NCBI GenBank assembly: GCA_020137815.1
Contig: CM035351.1
Span: forward strand, 8,184,001 to 8,248,000
Source: Hormiphora californensis
Taxonomy: Eukaryota > Animalia > Ctenophora
Direction: 5' to 3'
Length of the DNA: 64,000 nucleotides
Under the pieces are notes generated by a model. It was given only the letters and a program-made list of their open reading frames with translations. It ran no database searches and was not told where the DNA came from. This document shows positions 1 through 12,100 of this stretch, in pieces; the stretch's first letter is position 1; each line of letters starts with the position of its first letter. The position numbers and the translations under genes are program-made.

Positions 1-1595
1 AAGTATCATGAGCAGAAGTTGCTGAAGAAAGTGGATCTGGTGGAGTGGAAGAAAGATAATAATCTCCGAGAAGCAAAGGTAACATATCACTCACTTCCTC
101 TCCCCTTGTACTTAGTTAGTGATATACCTGATATAGCGGTAAAAAATAAAGGCTGCGGCTGCTTTGACAGGTTTCCACACGCATACCCTATTTTATCATG
201 AAATCCCCAATCCCATTTCCCACTCCCATTTCACACTCCCATTTCCCACTCCCATTTCCCACTCTCATTTCCTTATCATTACTCTTTTTCTTCTTCCCAT
301 AAACATTTAATATCATTGATTAATCCCCGTCAATCATCATAACGTCATATATCAGCTACTAATTCATCATAACGCCACATCACCTACTAATCCCCCCTAT
401 TATGACGTCATATATTCCCTCCATCATGACGTCATCCTGCACGTGCAGGTGATGAGGAAGTACCACATCCAGCACCGGGAGGACTACACGAAGTACAATC
501 GTCTGTGTGGCCACATCAAACACCTGGCAGCCCGGATACGGGATCTGGAGGGGAAGAGTGCCACTAGAGTGGCCAGCTCCACTTCTCTCTTGCAGAAGTT
601 GTATAACATGGGTAGGTGGGGAAGAGAGGGAGGGTAATGATGGATGGGGAAGAGTGCCACTAGAGTGGCCAGCTCCACTTCTCTCTTGCAGAAGTTGTAT
701 AACATGGGTAGGTGGGGAAGAGAGGGAGGGTGGGTAATACTGGAGGGGAAGAGTGCCACTAGAGTGGCCAGCTCCACTTCTCTCTTGCAGAAGTTGTATA
801 ACATGGGTAGGTGGGGAAGAGAGGGAGGGTAATGATGGATGGGGAAGAGTGCCACTAGAGTGGCCAGCTCTACTTCTCTCTTGCAGAAGTTGTATAACAT
901 GGGTAGGTGGGGAAGAGTGAGGGAGGGTAATGATGGATGGGGAAGAGTGCCACTAGAGTGGCCAGCTCTACTTCTCTCCTACAGAAGTTGTATAACATGG
1001 GTAGGTGGGGAAGAGAGATGGTGGGTAATGATGGAGGGATGAGAGGGGAAAGGAGGGAATTGTCTAGTTTTATGAACAATACAAGGAGGGGATAGTAAGG
1101 GTCACTGAAGATGTCGGATATAACACAATTCTCACCTCTTCTCACACCAGGTATACTACCCACGGCGCAGACACTGGCACAGTGTGAGAAGGTGACTGTA
1201 AGTGCGTTCTGCAGGAGACGGCTCCCGGTCATCCTTGTACGACTCCGCATGGCACAATCAGTAAGTAACTAACTGTAACCTACACATTCTCACACACCAC
1301 TGTGTCTAAGTAGTTAGTAGTTACCCCTAGTTCCACCAGTATACACATTATTACACTAAAATACCCCCGCATGTACCTTCAGTAAACACCCCCCCCCCCA
1401 CCCCAGGTAAAAGATGCGGTATCCTACGTAGAGCAGGGTCACATTAGGGTAGGACCCAACTTGGTGACCGACCCCTGCTATCTAGTTACAAGAAACATGG
1501 AGGACTTTATCACTTGGTCAGATGGCAGCAAGATCAAACGACATGTTATGCAGTATAATGATGAACTGGACGATTTCGATCTTCTAAACTGCTAG
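1..1595 (+). CDS. IMP3: U3 snoRNP protein IMP3 (5' end outside window); exons ~1-78, 449-611, 1151-1260, 1407-1595
   Basis: Spliced translation [12 protein letters not shown]...[21 protein letters not shown]...[13 protein letters not shown]...[30 protein letters not shown]...[11 protein letters not shown] matches the conserved IMP3/S4-like sequence; GT-AG junctions keep frame. Confidence 0.95.
551..1018 (+). repeat. Tandem array, 5 copies of a 96-99 bp unit = last ~61 nt of IMP3 exon + splice donor GTAGGT + intron start
   Basis: GGGAAGAGTGCCACTAGAG...TATAACATGG|GTAGGTGGGG starts at 551, 647, 746, 842, 940. Confidence 0.95.
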
Positions 1596-1941
1596 GGGAT
1601 ACTGAGGAGGGTTTTCATTTGGGGACCGAGAGAGGGATTGCAGGACTGGGAAATTGAAAATGTATGGTTTTGTGAAGCTAAGGGGAGTAATTTTACTGCT
1701 GAGTGGTTTTTTAGAGTGTTGTTTCGAAAGAGTGGAGAGAGAGAGCGTGGGAAAATGGGATGTGTGTGAGATCTTTTTTGGGAGTTAGGAGTGGGCTGAA
1801 CTTTTAAATATGACATGTATTAACTTATTAAACATCAGTTTTAAGAACAACCAAAACGTGCACTTATTTCATGTCTATACCTACGTGATACTAGTTACAT
1901 GCTGTACATAACATCTCATGAACTACCTAAATATCCTACAG

Positions 1942-3795
1942 ATGGAACCAGATGATGAGATACCCGGTGAGGAAGAGGGTGGCTCTCTCTATAATACAGC
2001 CATCCAAATAGTACAATCCTTCATAGAGGACCCTGCCCTATCCTCTCTCATCCCTGACCTCCCCTCTTTCACCTTCCCCTCCTTATCACACCCCGCTAAA
2101 GTTCTCTACCTCCGACTATACATCAGGAAGAGACGCTGGCTCAAGGTAGCTTCCATATCGTATAGTGATGTTGGGGATCTAGACTCTTCTGTATCTCAGC
2201 TCCTCTCTGCTAGTCTGTTAGAACGGATAACAGAGAGCAGACAGCCGATATTAGATCTACTAGGGTGTCTGAGTTTGGGGGAGCTGAAACAGGTGTGCAA
2301 GTTACTGAAACTGAAACCAGGACCCAATAAACTGGCCCTGACACGGGTTGTGATGAACATGTGTAAAACCCAACGATCCTTATTTGGGGGAAGCACCGAG
2401 GAAAGGGTCCGGACAACAGTGGCCCAAGTGTTAGGTTCTGACGTGGTGAGAGTGAGAGATAGCAGTATTCTAGAGCGAGTCCTAGTTGCATCTCTCCCTC
2501 AGTTTACACTTAGTAACGATGATTTAACTAGTAAAGCCTCCCTAACTCGGGTACTACTCTCCAGTATTGGTGTAACACGGCGGTTTCCCACCTACACCAT
2601 CTCCTTCACTAGACCCCTGTTCTCCTCTCCTTTACACCTGGAAGGTTTTGTAGGGGCATGCCAAGTTGAGGCCCGGTGCCATCTCCATTTAGAGCGTAGT
2701 GAGTGGGAGAAAGTTAGGGAAATCTATCTCTCACACAAAGACAGGTTCATTGAAGCAGTGAAGGACAGTGCAGCAGCCCCCAGTGAGGATAACGTGTGTT
2801 TTAAAGAAGGGTGGGTGATGGTGAGAACTGTTAGACACGCACTAACAGCCCTACAGCGGCTAAAGGACTTCAAAGAGGTGGTATTCGTGCTACGGAAGTT
2901 ACTCGAGTACAGACATGCCGGGAGTAGGAGGGGTGGGTGGTGGGAGACACTGTCACTAACCCTTGGACACCATTTGAAGGAGAAAGATGAAGCGTTGGAG
3001 GTGGCTAAAAAGGGCTTAGCAGACCCACTCACAACACACGGTTACACGTACGCACTACAAAACCGTATTGCTCTACTTGAGAAACGAAAAGAGAAGACAT
3101 CCCAACAACACGAAACGATGACATTGTCATTGCCGGTAGTTGAAGGTCAGAAGCTGTATCAGTGTGGGGATGTGTTGTGTGGGGTGGAGCAAGCTGTTTT
3201 ATACCACTTCACAACAGATACTGGGTCGTTTGCGGAGGGGGTCCATTCAGAGGGGTCCCTTCTAACTACCCTATTTGGTCTGTTGTTTTGGGATGTCATA
3301 TTCACGGACACAGTGGACAATGTATTTTACAACAAATACCAAAACTGCCCCCTGGACTTCCATTCCTCCAAGTTGTATGCCCGCAGAGAGGAGTTGTTTG
3401 AGAGGAGGTTCGAGAGGTTGGGAGGTTTGAGTGAGGTTGAGGTTGAGAGTGAGGTTACACGGATCTGGGAGGCACAGTTTGAGGTGGACTGTGTTGGGAT
3501 ACACTGGCATCTCTTCACCAGTCTAGAACAGTGCCTGAGGTGTCTGGGGTGTCTGGGAATCACGAGGTTTATTGCCTTGGTCAGGTTGTATTTGAGACAC
3601 CCTGGTGCCATGCGGAGTGGGATGCCTGATTTGACACTTTGGGACTATGAGCAGAGAAAGTTCAAGATGATAGAGGTTAAGGGACCTGGAGATAGTTTGA
3701 GGTGTAATCAGATAAGCTGGTTGGGATTGTTGAAAGAGGCTGGGGTTGAGGCTGGGGTTTGTTTGGTCAAACAGGTGTCCTCAAAGCGTATTTAG
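1942..3795 (+). CDS. FAN1: Fanconi-associated nuclease 1 (intronless; SAP, TPR-like and VRR-NUC regions; no N-terminal UBZ seen). Upstream in-frame ATG at 1918
   Basis: LYLRLYIRKRRW, RRGGWW, GVEQAVL, GVHSEGSLLTTLFGLLFWDVIF, PLDF, RSGMPDLTLW...IEVKGPGDSLRCNQISWL (PD-(D/E)xK VRR-NUC motif). Confidence 0.95.
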   Translation: MEPDDEIPGEEEGGSLYNTAIQIVQSFIEDPALSSLIPDLPSFTFPSLSHPAKVLYLRLYIRKRRWLKVASISYSDVGDLDSSVSQLLSASLLERITESRQPILDLLGCLSLGELKQVCKLLKLKPGPNKLALTRVVMNMCKTQRSLFGGSTEERVRTTVAQVLGSDVVRVRDSSILERVLVASLPQFTLSNDDLTSKASLTRVLLSSIGVTRRFPTYTISFTRPLFSSPLHLEGFVGACQVEARCHLHLERSEWEKVREIYLSHKDRFIEAVKDSAAAPSEDNVCFKEGWVMVRTVRHALTALQRLKDFKEVVFVLRKLLEYRHAGSRRGGWWETLSLTLGHHLKEKDEALEVAKKGLADPLTTHGYTYALQNRIALLEKRKEKTSQQHETMTLSLPVVEGQKLYQCGDVLCGVEQAVLYHFTTDTGSFAEGVHSEGSLLTTLFGLLFWDVIFTDTVDNVFYNKYQNCPLDFHSSKLYARREELFERRFERLGGLSEVEVESEVTRIWEAQFEVDCVGIHWHLFTSLEQCLRCLGCLGITRFIALVRLYLRHPGAMRSGMPDLTLWDYEQRKFKMIEVKGPGDSLRCNQISWLGLLKEAGVEAGVCLVKQVSSKRI

Positions 3796-4665
3796 TAGTC
3801 AGATCTGTGTGTTTTTAGCATGACTTGTCGACAGTGAATTGTGACCCTCAATTTATTTCGTTTTCAATGTTTTTAATATGATTTTATTTTTTAAACGCAC
3901 TTTAGAAAATCGTTTACTGCATTCTGACACAATCGGGAGAAGAGCTGGAACCTGTGTAATGTGTCTCCCTTTGGTCGGCTGTCTCGATACACTGGCTCCT
4001 GTCCCAATGGCAAAAAGACGCTAAACGCGGGCGTCGATTCAATCCCATATGATGAAAGGACCCTCATTATGGCGCGGACCCCACGTGCGCGCACCAAAAC
4101 ACACACCGCCCAGTTCACCACTCTTCCGCTGACAAGGGACACTGTACCAGTACGAACGGTGCCCACCCCCCTTACTGATCGGTAATGTCAGACAGTCCGA
4201 CAATGACCATTGCATTGTTGTAGTGCCACTACTAGTGGTTGACAGGCCTGATCCCTCACAGCTACAGCTAGCGAACCATGTGTGAGCAATTATAGTCAAT
4301 GGTCACTGTCAAAATCATACAATCGTTAGAACGCGTTATTGGGTTTTTCTCGAACAAATATATATCAACAAACACTAGACAATGACTAAAGAAAAATCCC
4401 TAAAGCGTCTTTGGTCTTCCGCACTGCACTTTTGCCTACGTCCACTCAAAATTCAAATACAATCTTTTTACCTAGTTTATCCGTCTTGATAGATAAGTAA
4501 GAGATTCAATAGCTACTACAGTCACACATTTCATTGCCATGCTACACAGGTTGTCAATTACGTAGCAGCTCCGGTCCGATCACTGGTCACACATGTTTCA
4601 CACATGTCACACAAGTATCCTTCCTTATCGACCTATAGGGGAGTTCTCCTCCTGTTCGTATCTTT

Positions 4666-6198
4666 CTAAACCTTGCTCATTCTGTCCTGTTCCTGTTCCT
4701 CTGGTATGACTTCAGGGATGAGTGAGGGCATGAGTTGCACAGTTCCCTTTCCAAACATGGTCTCTCTCATCTGGACACTTGCTACTGGGTACGCAAACAG
4801 ACAAACAAAGAAGTCTTCCACCGGGTTCCCATTGATTCCCTTGTTTAGCCGGACTGCCACACGGTTTGCGGCCACCATGCACACAAAGAATAGGTAGAAT
4901 ACAAGGGAGAGGGCCAGTAAACCGGTCACCTGGGGGAATTTGGGGATAAGATCTTCCTATACTGTCCCAACTGTTAAATCACCACTGAAATCATCGCTCT
5001 GACCGGTACCACTGTTCTCGCTCAAAACGGAGCGGAGCAAAACAAGTGGTCAGACATTGAACTTACTTTCCCGACTAACCAATGTAGACTTACCTCGATG
5101 CAGTAGTTGGCAATGAGTAGAATAACAAAGGTGAAGAGAGAAAATCCAGAGACCAGGAAAACCATAACAGCAGTGCATTTGGAGTCCAGATCCTTTGCCA
5201 CGCGATATAGAGTATATGGTCTGGGGATGGGGTAGGGACGTGGTTATTGGTTGAAATTTTAGAATTATGACGGAAAATGGGAGATGAAAGAGGAAAATGG
5301 GAGATGAAAGAGGAAAAATATTATATTTTGGCCCTGTTCAGTTAACATAAAAGCCACTGCACAAGCAAGGCCCCCAATACAAAGGTGTGGCATACTTTCC
5401 CCCTTTTACTGAAACCAATGTGGCGCCATGTGACCAAGCATTCCTTAATCTAGATATATGTTCTAAGCTCCCACCCTATGTGTGAAAAGGGTAGAGTGCC
5501 ACGTGTGGTAGACTCACGTAAGGAAAGTCTCCCTCAGGATGCCAGCCCAAAGTTCCGGTCTAAGCTCGGTAAGGGGATCCAGAAGGCCCGCTGCAAAGTC
5601 AGGTCCGTAGGGGTCTATATCATTGCACTCCATGGCTAGGGCACGCCACAATGAGACACACATGAAACAGAGGAGGATTGTGTAGGGTAGTCCGGTGATA
5701 ACAGAGGCAGTCTGGAGGGCCTTTAGGGAGTCAGTTCCACCGGCTGCCAGCAGCGCTGTAGCTGTGGCTCCTTCCATTATAGCCCAAAATAGCCGCTGGA
5801 GAACGGGTGGTTCCTGTGGGGGAGAAGGAGAGAGAATCAGTTATTGGGGGAGGGGGGCCGGGGGTGAGACTCCGTAATAAAATAATTCCGTGAGTGATAC
5901 TTCATGACAGAAAGGGAGGAATTTATAAAACATACCTGGTCTCCATTTGCAGATATGATATCAATGATCAGACTGCCAGAATCAGAGCTTGTAACAAAGT
6001 ACAAAATGATGGCTATCATGGAAAACACTGACAGGAAGAATCCCAGATCTCCAAAAGAGAACATCATGGCGAACCACATTTCGTCAGCGTTGTAGCATGA
6101 TAACCTGCATTGGGTTTTAGCTGTGTTACTCAGCACATTTGGTCGCCATCGTGTCAGAGGATCGAATGTTGTGTTTTTGGTCTATCTGTTCTATCTGT

Positions 6199-6237
<39 letters not shown>

Positions 6238-6249
6238 GTTCTGTCTGTA

Positions 6250-6295
<46 letters not shown>

Positions 6296-9062
6296 CTCAC
6301 CTAGTTTCCAAGTTGTTGTACGATTTCGTCCCTAACCTTCCTCTACTGTTCCTCAACACCCCTTAGATGGTTCATTTGTTAAAACAGCTGATACAGTACT
6401 TCAAAATGATATTCCAAACGAAATTTAGGGACAAGGGCGGTCAAAGTTCATTAATAGGGGAGGGAGGACCTACCTAGAAACTCGTTGAATGTCCTGGTAG
6501 AATTGGATCCGGTAAGATATTCCATCATGGCGTAGTTGTCTCCCGTGAAGTAATCCAGTATCTTGTCTGAGCATTCGTTACACTCACTGTCTTTGCAGAA
6601 AACCGACCAGTTCTCGTCCACCTGCAAAACACATTATATTTACTGGCCCTTGATTTACCGGGCAAAAACCTTTCCCCCGACCATCCTGGTAAATTGTAGT
6701 CCGACTGTATTAATAAAAACAGTTGATTCTCTTGTCATTTATTCAATATTGAGGGGAATATCTCGCACACATTACATTGAACAGCAAATGATGACGAAAT
6801 GTTGCGATGTTACAGTCACTGAGTCAGCACACGATGACGATATCATGATATGCTCAGCATATTATGCTGTTCAATATCTCCCCACCAAACAAACAAATAC
6901 ACGAGTTTCATCAGTGCTAAAATAAAATTAATTACAAGTTTAAAAACAAACAAAGTTACATCGCCAATAATAAACCAACCAAAAATGGGGAAAATGTCAC
7001 GTCTTCACCCGCGGTAAACCTCTGCTAATTTCACTAAGTCTTGTCACGGCCTCCATCGCGACACTTTCCCTAGTGTATGTCCTATACATTTCCTGCTGGG
7101 CTTTTTGTCCAATCCCCGCCAACTCCCCCCTATGCTGCAGACACCACCTGAGCCTTTCCCTGAGTCCCTTCTCATCTACCACCGCCCACTTGTGGTGCAC
7201 CCTATTCTCACTTTCTGCCAGGATGAACTTGTCCTGATCAAACGCAAGTTCCAATTCCGTCACCTCGATAGGGAGGGAGTAGGCAGGTTTCACGAACTCA
7301 GTTAGTCCGGACCAAAGGGGCACAATGACTGGAGTTCCAGCAGCCATGGATTCCATAACTGGCCTGCCCCAGCCCTCTCCATGAGTTGCCAACACAAAAA
7401 CATCAGCCCTACGGTATGCTTTTATCAACATTTCTTCGGAGTAACTCCGGGCAAAGACCCACCTGCCTCTCTTACTATACGGGTATTTACCCTTTAGTTT
7501 GAGGTTGAATGACGTTCTGAGAACTAGACAAACGCTATCGTCATTGTTAAACTCATCTGTGTAGGCTTTGAGGAGAATCTCAACCCCCTTCCTCTCCTCC
7601 AACTTGCCCACCATAAGATAGATAACATCCTGTGGTCGACATCTTGGGAACAGTGTTCTTCGGAGTTTACTCCTGTCCTTAGCATCTTCTAGAAATTCTA
7701 ACTTTCTCTCCGTTTCAAACCTACTCGTTTCAAAGCCCTCCCTAATAACAGATATGTGGGGCAAGTTAACTAGCCCAGATTTGCTGAAGACCTCTTTTTG
7801 AAACTTGCTAGGCACCCAAAGTTCGGAGACGGTAGCCAGCTGCGGAAACCATAAAGAAGGAATGGCGTTGGTTTCAAACATAGCTCGTCCTATCGTGTAT
7901 ACACTTGCTTTACCCACATCGGGAAACCCTTCCATTAGAGTTTTGTTGTAGACAGGGGGTGGCAGACCTAACACTGTTATTATTTGATGGTCGGTGGTCC
8001 CTTCTTTTAGCTCTTTTCTGATCGCTATGCCCCTCTCATAAGCATAGTTGATGACCTTCTGGTCGGCAGGAGAGAGATCCCGCCACCCTGCCGTCCTCTG
8101 GAACGATGTCATCAGCATGTTGCTGACCCAACCGAATTGGTTGCCAAGCAACACTGATAAGGGGACAATAAAGTTTAGATTCTCCTTCATAAAGCCCCAG
8201 TCTTTCTGATTTGCAGAAACGGTAGCTATCCAAAGGACTGTTGAGTTGAATGTGGTAAAGTTTGCCGCTGCCTCGGCTAGTCTGGGCCAATCTGCAAGGC
8301 TTGGCGGGGGACCTTCCTCCTTCTTCAAAGCTTTCTTTGCTTTCTCTCTTCTCCTTCTTTCCGGTCCAAAGATTTTGGCCTCAAGGAATTCGTTTTTCTT
8401 TTTCTCTAAGAACTCCAACTGTTCTTCATCTAACAGCTTCAGGGGGACACCCTTGTTCTCTACCGGACCTACAGGTTGGTCTAAGGGCTGCCTAACAAAT
8501 CCTGCCATCATAAGGTTTTTAACTGGATCACCTTCATTCTTTCCCTTCTCAACATCTTCGTTTCCCGTGTCTTTTCTAGGAATTACGACCTTTCCACTGG
8601 TCGTTAACTCTTCCTCCTGATCCAGCCCCCGTTCTTTGACGTCATCAATTAGGTGACCTGATGCAAGGTAGACACCACCATCTCCCGAGTGTACTACATC
8701 ATCGAAGGAGAACTGGAGGACAATGAAGAGGATGGCATATCCAGATACAATCAGGAGAAGGAAGGCTGGCCGGATCACCCGCAACAACAACATGACAGCA
8801 GTTATAGGTCCCTAGCAAGGAACAAGATTATAACAAGAGAACTGATATACGTCACTAAAAGTCTGCAGCTGTATAATGGTAGAGAGAGGCTCGAACTGGT
8901 GAAACTGCCGTTTTGGTGGTGTCGGTCGTATAGCTAGATCAAGACTTTTCCTCATTGACTCATGTGGACATATATTGTTGTGTTAATATGTGTGGGGGAA
9001 AGAAGGACGAAGTTGGATAGCAAGCAATTGGGGTGTAAGCTTAAGAGTGAGACAAAGACAGA

Positions 9063-9130
<68 letters not shown>

Positions 9131-12100
9131 GATGGATGTAGACTGAAAAGGTGTCTCAAATATAGGGTGATGAGCCCCAGACTTGATACAATGATACAGA
9201 AGGGGCCACGGATCATGCACTATCAATCACGCAACCCTCAATATGTAGAATGTCCCAACTATACGATATTCCGAATATTGATGCCGCTAGTGTATTAATG
9301 TTACTGTATTTGTACAACTGATACAGCTTGGACAGCTGAGAGAGAGGGTGGCTGGGGGGTACCAAAGCAAGCTTTTATAATTGTTTACAATTGGGGAACA
9401 TTTAAACTGTTTGACACTATTCAGTGTTGCACAGTGTCCACACTGTCCCTCCATTCCTCATGCAACAACTACCATTTGAAGATTCATAGTTCAGTGTCTA
9501 TAGTATGGCAAGCACAATAAAGTCGAATTTTTTGAAGTTGTCACCCCCCTTTTCACGCGCGGCGTCGTATTTGCGCGTGACAGCCCCCACTTGGTCTCAT
9601 TTTTCGGCAAAAAGCCGGATATCATCGGAAAGAGCATAATTTTGTGAGTCCGTAAAATTTTGGTTTGACGAAATTGGTCAAGAAACAAAGGCGTGAGAGC
9701 CAAAACAAGTGTCAGACAAGTTTCCGACGTGCAAATAAAAACTCGCACGCCACCCAGGGGGGTGACAACTTCAAAAAATCCGACTTTACCACTTGTATTG
9801 TGCTTGCCAGGCCATGCTATAAATACTGAACTATAGTGAAATCGAATTCCGGAGCTTGTATTACAAGCTCCGGAATTCGATTTCACTATGGCTCTGTCAG
9901 GCAAATGCTCTTGAAAGAAATGCGAATACGGTCAGGCCAATGCTCTGACAGCTTTAGCTTGCTCGACCCTCTCCTCCCACGATTGAATAATGATCTGCCA
10001 GTATTGTGATATATTGTCACGTTTCATAACTAATGTCATAAAAACTATTTATGCAGCCTACCGATAAGCTATACCGACCACATCTTTCCCAGAATCAGGT
10101 CTAGCACTCAACTCTCGATTGATGGTGATATTCTCTGTATTATAATTCCTGGAACTAACCTGGTCAGGTAGGCCACTCAGATTGTAAGCTCCATGGAATT
10201 CCTCCACACTGATTGATCCATCCAGTGCTACTGGGTTCCAGTTGGGGCAGCACAGCTCGTTCATTGCTGCAGAGCGCTCCTTTTGCAGGCCCGTACCACC
10301 GAATATGGTCATCCAGAGGAAGGAGTAGAGAACCGGTGCAGTCAGTGCTCCTGTCAGAGACATGTATGTTAGTATTCAGACAGACATGATAGGAGATAAA
10401 TCCAGATAGGGGGATATTTTGGACAGGGATAACAACACGATGAAAATGTATGTTTTACCGTTAACGAATTGGCGGATAGATCTTCCCCGGGATATTTTGG
10501 CAATGAAGGTGCCCACAAAAGGAGACCAGGAAATCCACCAACCCCAGTAGAAGATGGTCCACCAGTCCATCCACTGAGCAGGCCCATCACTAGTGGTGTC
10601 CTCAAAGGCCCGCAGCCGGTCAGTGCCCCCGTGGGAGGGGACCCCCATCTCAAAGGCGTCTGAGTGGGTCCCTAACTGGATCACCCACTGGAAATAGTAA
10701 CCCACACTCTGGGTGAACAGGTTCAGGGTATACCTGCAGGGAGGGGTGTGTTTTGTTTTTCCTTTCAACAGTAGAGTGACAGGTACAGCTAGACTAGAAG
10801 TTACTAAGCTAGTCACTTAGTTACCACCTAGTAACCAACTTGCTACTTACCAGGGGTCTCCCAGCAGGAAGACGACCAACATGACGAACATGCCGACAGT
10901 AAAACATATCTCACTAATCCTCCTGATCCCTTTACCAAGACCAGAGACAACAGAGATTGTAGCAAAGATGGTGATGCACCAAATAGCAATTATCTGAAGG
11001 GGGATGTAAACTCATAAACAATTTGAAGGGTGAAAAGGGGGAGGTAAATTCATAATAGTAAATTAGGTTCACGTTTTAATTTAGAGTTAGATTTCCCACG
11101 CCCTCCTAGTTGCTCAAACCTGGTTTTTAGTGGTATTTCCCACGCCCTCCTAGTTGCTCAAACCTGGTTTTTAGTGGTATTTCCCACGCCCTCCTAGATT
11201 GTTATCTCTGTTTGCAACTGTCCCACCGTTTGAGGACCACCGCATGATGACGTTGCCAAATGACAAAGTCACCCAATTTATAAACCGTCTCATTACCCAG
11301 AGGCCCCCTACTACATCGCCAGTCAACAAGTATTCTCCGGATGAGATAGGAAGAGGAATGCATGTTGCTGATATCACTCCTGAGATCTTAGGTGGTAGGA
11401 AGTATTCGAAGAAAGACTTAGCGTCTTCTTTGTCGGAGGCATGCAAGTTACTAGTTGATCTTGCAGTGCCACAGGGGAGTACTACTCCTAACACGAGTAC
11501 TACTCCGCGTAGGAGTCATCCACCCGAGGAATGGTGGCGTTGTAAAGATGATAAGACCAATCTACATGAGGAACTAGCTGCGGCCCACCGAAGGGTAATT
11601 GATCTTCAGGATCAAGTGATCCAGCTGAAGGACGAGATTAGGAACGTTGAGACCGCTACAGTTACCAAGACTGTTCAACGTGATCTGAAGAGCTACTCAG
11701 CTATGCTCAGTCAGAACTGTGCAGCAGCCCTTGCTCAGACTAGGATCCAGAAGGCTGTCACTAAAGCATCTGTTGAGAAGCCTGATGAGGAGGACCGTTC
11801 CAGAAACTTGATTGTGTTTGGACTGCCGGAGGAAGCTGATGGAGCTACAGTGGAAACATCTGTTACATCTCTGTTGGAGGAAATGGACGAGAAGCCCCCG
11901 TTGACCAGTTGTACTAGGTTGGGTATGCCAGCCGAGGGTAAGTCGAGGCCTGTAAAGGTGACTTTGAAGTCTAGAAACAGTCTTCTTGTATTGTTGAGAA
12001 AGGCATGTGAGCTGAGAAATTCTGAGAATTTTAAGCGAGTATTTCTTGAGCCAGATCGGACTTATGAGGAGAGAGTTGAGAGGAAGAAAGCAGTGAAAAC

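Noticed and set aside
3890-4320. GC-rich stretch between FAN1 and BCCT as ncRNA or small ORF
   Set aside because: No recognisable RNA-family motif or protein similarity; may be BCCT 3' UTR
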